NCBI GenBank assembly: GCA_030637655.1
Contig: DAOWGI010000007.1
Location: forward strand, 1-64,000
From: a candidate division FCPU426 bacterium
GTDB lineage: Bacteria > Oederibacteriota > JAAXVQ01 > JAUVAV01
Length of the DNA: 64,000 bases
Direction: 5' to 3'
The notes under the pieces were generated by a model that was given only the letters and a program-made list of their open reading frames with translations, had not been told where the DNA came from and did not search any database. The position numbers and the translations under genes are program-made. Every line of letters begins with the position of its first letter. Position 1 is the stretch's first letter. Positions 28,301 through 37,300 of the stretch are shown piece after piece.

Positions 28301-31300
28301 ATATTTCAGATTGGTCTGCCCGGCATTGGCAGTGGTCAGATCATGTTGATAAACAGTCATGATCTCGCCAAAACGCTCACCACTATAGTACTTGACCGCC
28401 TCAGTCGGTTGGCTGTGCGGGGTCTCTTTTCCGCTGTATTCCGTCCAGGTGTACATAGCCCCACTGGGTCGCGAAGAATCGGCTGAAGCGCTGGAGCTTT
28501 CCACACCATGCGCGTCATACCAAATTGTCTTGTTTTTAGAATGCTGAATATTTTTACGAACTTCTTTTTTCATCAAACCGGTATAGGGGTTGTACTGATA
28601 CGTGCTGCGGTATTTCTCACGAATCGTATCCTTACCCTGCGCTTTGTCTTGATGTGTCTCTCCAGCCAGCTTCCAGCCGGTTTTAGAATTAAAAGAAGTT
28701 CCCCAACTCTTATAGTTACCGCTGCCAGTACCTTTTGTATATGTGCTTGTGGTTAGACCTGTATTCTTATTAAATTTGATCCAGGTTTCTGTCGGATCTT
28801 GTTCCTTACCCTTGTTATCGCAGCCCCAGCTCTTGGTATAAGTGGCAACACCATAGACTGAGGTTGGAAAAAATATGGCAAAAAGAGAACGACCAAATCC
28901 ACGAGAACGAGAACCACCACCATACGAGGTGAAAGTGCGGCCCCAGGACCTCCCTTTGTGCTTATTGTATTTCCAGGAAGTTCTATTCAGGCCTGTGTTT
29001 TCATTCGGCTCATAATGGGTTACACTCAATTCATCACCCGCAGCGCCATACTTATTGCCAGTAATCGATTTTTCGGTAAATCCCTTCCAACTGGTATAGC
29101 TATCCGTGGTGGAGATCGGGTTCACAGAGCGTGTCATGCCGGCAGCCCCGTCAAAATTCACATCTCCGCAATACACATGCTCCACACGTCCAGCTTCAGA
29201 AGAACTATATTTGTTCCAGCGTTTTTGATACATATTCCCTTTGGATCTCGGCAGACCGTTGGCATCAAACCAGGAATAGGTCTTACTGGCAATACTTTCC
29301 GAATAAGAAGAGGTCTTGATCCCATTTTTGGGATTGTATTTACTCCATTCTGTGGAAACACGGCTATGGTGCGTGCCTACGTAGTTGGTCGCTTTACTCC
29401 AGGTATCAATTCCAAAATTATCCGCTAAAGTCTCTACCTTACTCAATTTAGAAATGGTGGTTGAGCTCTTCTTGGTTCCGGTATTCTGATCATTGACTGT
29501 ATAGGTGGTAGAGTTGCGTCCCCATTTCGCGCCGGTCCGTTTTGTGGTCTTTGTCTTATGATTAATGCCATTGCCATCATAATAAGCTTTTGCCTTGGAT
29601 ATCCACTGATTGGTCCACCCCGGTTTACGTGAATAGGAGGTGGCATTAGAGGTCTTGTTCAGGCCTGTCCAGTTATTCGTTTGATAGGTGGTGATGGTCT
29701 TTTTCACAGAACCATAGGCCGCAAGGTTACAGCTCCAGCTCATAAAACCGTCAGCATTGTAACGGGATTCGGTAACACCCAATTGATTGGTGCCTTTGGA
29801 ATATAACATAGTCCCAAGGTCTTTGCGCATGTGGTACTCATTGTAGGTCAGCCGCGCGTACGGCAGCGTTATGGCCGGATGCGATTTGCTCCACCCGTGG
29901 GTCTGAAATCCATTATCATCATAATAGGTCCAGGACTCACTCAGCTTGGAGATGTTGTAGCTCGCCTTATTAAGGCCGGTATTGTGATCCACTTGCATCA
30001 AACCGTGAGTGACACGTCCGTACACAACACCGCGATAGTTTTTCGTGTAGGTGGATTTCGGCATACGATACTGATCTTGTGAATAATTGGTTCTGGTGTA
30101 ACTCAAGTCATTTCTGGCAATAGTATAATTGGTCATGCCATCCACATGGTCATTATGTAATTCTGTGGTTGTTTTCTTGGCGCCGCCGGCCCCGTAGAAA
30201 TTTTGAGTGATTGATTCATAAGCCAAACGCCATTCATCAGAAGCATATTTGGTGGTCACTTCATTGATACCACTGGTGGCCACGGTCTTATCGGACATGC
30301 CGTCACGGGCATTGGCCGTAATCTTTGTGGTCACCCAACGCGCGGCTGTGGCGCCGCGTTTGTTGTAGCTTCGGCTCCAATCCGGCAGACGCAGATTGTC
30401 ATCCGTGTGATGGAAGGTCCAGGTCTTGTTCAGACCGCTCTCACCAAAAGTCCAGTTGGTCATACCATCATCCTCATCGCAGTGAATATCCGTCCAGGTG
30501 ACACGGCCGTATTCGGCGCCGCGGTTGTTCTCGGTTTTGGACAGATACGGCAGACGCAGATTGTCCGACGTATGCCAGGTTGTGGTTTTGGACAATCCGT
30601 TTTCCGAAATTGACTTGTTGGTCATGCCGTCATAAATACTGGTCTGCGTATCCGTGTAAGTATAGCGTGAGAGTTCCGCGCCCTTGAAATTCCAGGTTTC
30701 CGACTCATCCGGCAGACGGTATTCATCAGCAGAATGCATGGTGTGTTTTACACTCAAGTCATTGAAAGCCCAGCTCTCATCTGTCATACCATCCTGTTTA
30801 TTGGCAATAATCTGGGTCGTTGTATAACGTGAATCCAGAGCGCCCTTGTTGTTCTCAGTGATTGATGCCACCGGCAAGCGCCATTCATCCATGGCATGGT
30901 AGGTTGTGGTCTTGTTCAATACGGAAGTGGCCACGGTTTTTTCATTCATGCCGTCAAATTTATTGGCAATCATCTCCGTGGTGGTCCAACGACCCAGCTT
31001 GGCTCCCAGAAAACTGTAGGCCAAAGTGGATGCCGGCATACGCCACTCATCCTGGGAGTAAACGGTTTTGATAGTGCTCAAATCGCTGGTAACCAGGGTT
31101 GAGTCGGTCATGCCATCATCTTCATTAGAATTAATGACGCTGTTGCTCAAACGGCCGCGCAGCGCTCCGCGATAGCTGAGGGTAATGGATTGACCCGGCA
31201 GGCGGTACTCATCATCATTGTGGATTGTCATGGTGGTATTCAAACTATTTTCCGCCACTGTGATATTGGTCATACCGTCATAGCGATTGCAAAAAATATC

Positions 31301-34300
31301 GGTCTCAGTTTTTCGGCCCAACTCAGCGCCGCGATAACTTTCGGTATAGGATTTTTCCGGCATACGCCATTGATCCTGGGAATAAACAGTCCTTACATTA
31401 TTTAACCAGTTGTACGCATGCGTTTTATTGGACATACCATCATCCTGATTGTTGGTAATAAGGGTATGTGTTAAGCGTCCGCCCAAAGCGCCGCGGAAAT
31501 TCGTGGAGTACGATTCTTTGGCCATACGGTATTCGTCTTGAGCGTATATGGTCAATAGCGTATTCAATTTGCTTGTCGCAAAGGTCGAATCGGTCATACC
31601 ATCCACATGACTATTCTCAATAGCGGTGAGCGTATCACGGCCATAATTCGCGCCTTTTTTATTTTTCATAGATGAACAGACCGGCATGCGCCATTCGTCA
31701 GCAGAGTGCCAGGTGGTCGTGGTGACCAAACCGGTTTCAGCCACAGTCTTGTCGGTCATACCATCATCGAGGTTGGCAGTGATATCCGTATAGGTATAGC
31801 GTCCGTCCAAAGCGCCCCGGAAACTGAGTGACTCAGAATAATCCGGCAGACGGAATTCATCTATTGAATGTACAGTACTGGTCCAATTCAACTGATTAAC
31901 GGCAAACGACGCTGTGGTCATACCGTCCATTTTGTCAGTAAAAATATCCGTCACAGTAAAACGGCCCAAATTGGCTCCTAATTTGTTAAAGGTCTGTGAT
32001 TTCGTGGGCATACGCCACTCGTCTTGGGCATGTATTGTAACCACAGTATTCAGGCCATTTTCCGCAATTGTTTTATCAGTCATACCATCATAATGGTTGC
32101 TGCTTATATCCGTATCCGTCACTCGGCCCAGTAAAGCGCCGCGAAACCCGGTGGTCTCTGAATATTCAGCCATGCGCCATTCATCCCGGCTGTGTACAGT
32201 CTTGATTTTATTCAAGCCATTAATGGCCAGGGTCTCGTTTGTCATACCATCATTTTTACTGGCTGTAATGTCCGTGTAAGTCAAACGGCCATAATACGCG
32301 CCACGGAAGCTCTTGGTTACCGACTCTTCCGGCAGACGGTATTCGTCAGTTCCATGCACGGTCCGGGTCCAGTTTAAACTATTCACACCCAGGGTCTTAT
32401 CGGTCATACCATCTTGTTTGTTGGCGTCAATAATGGTTAGAGTGTCGCGTCCCAACTCAGCTCCACGGAAGGTCTCGGAAAACGAAGCATATGGCAGACG
32501 CCACTCATCAGAGGCATGCAGTGTGGTGGTCCGATTAAGATCGTTTTCAGCCACGGTATTGTCGGTCATACCATCAATATGGTTGGTATCAATTTCCGTA
32601 TGCGTATAACGGCTGCCCAAAGCGCCCTTAAAATTCCAGGTATGTGATTCTTCTGCCATGCGCCATTTGTCCTGTGAATATACGGTCTGGACATTACTTA
32701 GGGCAGTCTTGGCCAGAGTGAAATCGCTCATCCCGTCATCTTCATTGCTCCAGATATCAGTATGAGAGTAACGGGAGAGCAAGGCACCGCGGAAATTCCA
32801 GGATTCGGTAGCTTTTGGCAGGCGGAACTCATCACTTGAATGCATAGAATGGGTCAAGCTCAATCCGCTCAAGGCCCAGGTATCATCGGTCATACCGTCT
32901 TCTGTGTTGGTATTAATCGTAGTCCAGCTCAAGCGGCCTAATTCAGCGCCAAAATTGTTTTCAGTCTTGGAAAGTCCTGGTAAACGCCACTCGTCTTTGT
33001 TGTGCCAAGTCGTAGTTTTGGCCAGACCGGTTTCCGAAACCGTCATATCGGTCATACCATCTACATGATTGGCGGTAATCTCGGTCTTGGTGTACCAGCT
33101 CAGCAACGCGCCGCGCCAGCTCCTGGATTCCGAAGACTTTGGCATACGCCATTGATCAGTGGAATATACGGTCTTGGTAATATTTAAATTATTCCAGGCC
33201 AGGGTTTCATCGGTCATACCATCCATTTTGTTGGAATCAATAAGTGTCTGGGTTTCACGGCCGAAATTCGCCCCAAAATTATTAACGTTCTTAGAACCAT
33301 ACGGCAGGCGCCATTCATTGGAAGAATGCCAGGTGGTGGTGGTGCTCAACTCATTCACACTCACTGTCATGTCGGTCATTCCATCTGAGTGGTTGGAGGT
33401 GATATCGGTCTCAGCATCCCTGCCCATCTCCGCGCCATAGTAATTGTGCACGTAGGATTTGATTGGCATACGCCACTCATCCTGTGAATGCACGGTTCTG
33501 GTTTCACTCAAACCATTGACCGCAAAGGTTTCATTGGTCATACCGTCCTGCTCGTTGCTGTCAATCGTTGCCTCGGTATAACGGCCTTTCAAAGCGCCCT
33601 GCCAACTGAAGGTGCGTGAATCTTCGGGCAGACGCCATTCGTCTTGGGCGTGATTGGTAATAACCAAATTCAGGCCGCTTAAAGTTACGGTTTGGTTGGT
33701 CATGCCATCTTCATGATCAGTAAACATCGCGGTCAAGGTACTACGGCCCAATTCAGCGCCATAGAAATTCTCAGTCTTGGATAATTCCGGCGCGCGCCAC
33801 TCATCCTGAGAGTGATAGGTCGTGGTTTTACTCAATAAATTTTTAGAGCTGGTCACATCGGTCATGCCGTCATTGTGATTGGACTGGATCTGCGTGTAGG
33901 TGTAGCGGCCCATCAAGGCGCCACGGAAGCCCAGGGTTTCGGATTTATAAGGCATACGCCATTGATCCGAGGAGTGTTTGGTTTTCGACCAATTCAATTC
34001 GTTTTTGGCAAAGGTCTCGTCTGTCATACCATCCAATTTATTGCTGGTAATAAAGGTGGTGGTATCTCTGCCCAATTCCGCGCCGAATTCATTCTCGCTC
34101 CGCGATATCCAGGGCAGACGCCATTCGTTCTGCGCGTGAATGGTCGTGGTCTTATTCAATCCATTTTCGGAAATCGAGACATCCGTCATACCGTCTTCAT
34201 GATTGCATTGAATTTCACCGACTGTATGCCGCCCCATCAAAGCGCCGCGGAAGCTCCGGGTTTCTGTAGCGCTTGGCATACGCCACTCATCCTGCGAGTG

Positions 34301-37300
34301 CGTGGTTTTGGTCCAGGTCAGCGAGTTTTTGGCAAAAGACTCATCCGTCATTCCGTCTTGGTGATTGGCTGTGATGTCTGTGTGTGTAAACCGGCCCAAC
34401 AAGGCGCCGCGGAAGCTCCAGGTGAGTGCTTCCTGTGGCAGGCGCCATTTATCCTGGGAGTGCGTGGTTTTAGTAAAAGTCAATTTATTCATAGCAAAGG
34501 TGCTGTCAGTCATACCATCTTGTTGATTGGCTGTAATGCTGCTAATGGTCAAGCGGCCGTATTCCGCACCTTTTTCGTTTTTGGTTTTGGAAAGCCAAGG
34601 CAAACGCCAGTTGTCCTGTTTGTGCCAAGTGATGGTTTTGCTCAGCGCGTTTTTCGCCATAGTCCTGTTGGTCATGCCATCCAGGTGGCTGCAGGTGATA
34701 TCTGTAATGGTATGACGTCTCATCAAAGCGCCCCGGAAGGTCCAATTTTGGGACATCTCTGACATACGCCATTGGTCCTGGGAATAGTTGGTTTGGGTAT
34801 GAGACAATTTATTCCTGGCAAAGGTCTCGTCCGTCATGCCATCAAATATGTTGGAAGTAATATCCGTAGTCGTGTAGCGGCCGAATTCCGCTCCCCGGTA
34901 ATTGTAAGACTCCGACCATTTCGACAGACGGTACTCATCTTGGGCGTACTCGGTCCGGTTCCAGTTCAATTCATTGCGTGCCAAAGTTTCATCATTTATG
35001 CCGTCATCTTCATTGCAATCAATAATAGTCCAGGTCAGACGGCCAAGTTCCGCGCCCCGGAAATTCTCGGTCTTGGACAGGCCCGGCAGACGCCACTCGT
35101 CCTGCCGATTGATGGTCGTAGTCCGGGATAAACCGTTTTCCGACACAACCATGTCGGTTATGCCGTCCACTTTATTGGTGGTAATCTGTGCTTTGGAAAC
35201 ACGTGCCAGCAAGGCGCCGCGGAATGACCAGCTCTTGGAAGCCTCCGGCATACGCCACTTATCCTGCGAGTATTCAGTCAAGGTCCAGCTCAATTTGTTC
35301 ATTGCAAAGGAGGCATCGGTCATCCCATCCTCATGATCCGAGGCCAACAGGGTCAGGTTATCCCGGCCAAAAATTGCGCCATAATTATTGTGGTTTTTGG
35401 AGAGCCAAGGCAGACGCCACTGATCATGCGCGTTGTACGTGGTGGTGGTGCTCAAATCATTCACTGCCACGGTCTTGTCCGTCATACCGTCTAAACGATT
35501 GGTTTCAATAGACGTGGTGGTTTCACGGCTCTTGTTGGCGCCAAAGTAATTCTTGGCAAAAGATTTCATAGGCAGACGCCATTCGTCATCCGCGTGCCAG
35601 GTAGTGGCTTCGTTCAACCCGTTGGTAGAAAAAGTTTTGTTAGTCATGCCATCTTGCTTGTCCGTCTCGATATCCGTCAAGGTGTGCCGACCCAGCAAGG
35701 CGCCGCGGAAACCCCAAGACTCGGAGTGCCTGGGCAGACGCCATTCGTCCTGCGTATGCGTGGTCTTGGTCCAATTCAATTTGTTCATAGCAAAGGTCTC
35801 GTCCGTCATGCCATCTTGCTTATTAGTATTAATAACCGTGATACTATCACGGCCAAATTCCGCTCCATAAAAATTATGTGCGTAGGACATGGCCGGCAGA
35901 CGCCAGGCATCTTGATGATGTACGGTTATTGAATAATTGAGTCTGTTTTTGGACAAAGTTTTGTCGGTCATACCATCATACCGGTTGCTGTCAATCCAGG
36001 TCATGGTATCGCGGCTCCACTCGGCACCAAAGCTATTATGTGTAAAAGATTTTTCCGGCAGACCAAAGGTGTCCTGAGAGTGCCAGGTTGTGGTTTTGTT
36101 CAGATCGTTTTTCGCAAAGGTTTTCTCAGTCAACCCATGGTAAATATTGCCTTTAATGGTGGTCTCGGTTTCACGACCCATTTCAGCGCCACGATAATTT
36201 TTGGTGTAGGTTTTGCCTGGCAAGGCATAATTATCATCATTATGAATGGTCAAGGTCTCGTTTAGGACGGTTTTGGCAAAAGACCATAACGTCATTCCCG
36301 TGTCTGCTTCATATGCGGATTCGGTAGTGGAAATCCGGCTGAGTTCAGCGCCCATATTCGCAAACTGGCGGGACCAAACCGCATCACCATGAATATCAAA
36401 CCGGCTGTAGGTGGTCCCCATAATATCTTTGGCAATGTTGGTCTGCATGCGACCGTGGGCATCATACACATAAGAGGCTGTCATTTTACTGCGGACGTTG
36501 TAAATACCGAAGTTGTCCATCTGATTTTGCAAAACGCAGAGTGAATCTTTATCAAACTCTTTTTTGATATTGGTCATGATGTTTTTACTTTTGGCCACAG
36601 TTATGAAGCCTTTGGAATCGTATTCATTGAAGGTGATGGTATCCCGGCTATAAATAACACTATAGTTATCATAACGCATATTGGCCAGGGCCAGGGCATC
36701 TCTGTTGTAGGTGTTAATGGAGCAGCCTTTGAGATCGGTCTGTTTGCTTAAAGTCATGAAACCTTCACCATCATATTCATTAATGGTCCATTGCTGACGG
36801 GCATGCCCGTATTTATTCTCGCGGAAGGAAACAGTAACCAATTCATCAATATTGTACCAATTCTGGGTGTAGCCGTTCTCATCGGTGGTATCGCTCCAGA
36901 CCATATAGCCGTCTGCGTTATATTCGTAGCTGGAAACTTCCTGGCGCGGATAGCCAAAATACTTTTCCCGGGTGCTCACCCGCATCAAACCGTCAATATC
37001 AAATTCATTGATGGTAAACCCGCGTTCGTCATCCACACGGCTCTCCACCAATTCGCCTCTGGCATATGTATAAGTAGTGATTTTGACCTTGGGGAAACCG
37101 TAAATATCTTTACGAACGCTGAGTGACATCAGCCCATTTTCAGAAAAAGTGTTTTCCGTAAAGCCACGGGAATCAATCTGATAACTCTCGATTAATTCTC
37201 CACTGGCATTATATATATTGGTTACCCAATTCTGGCGTGGAAAACCGTGCAGATTAATCCGATGCACAACCTCGACCTGCTCATTTTCATCATAGGTGGT

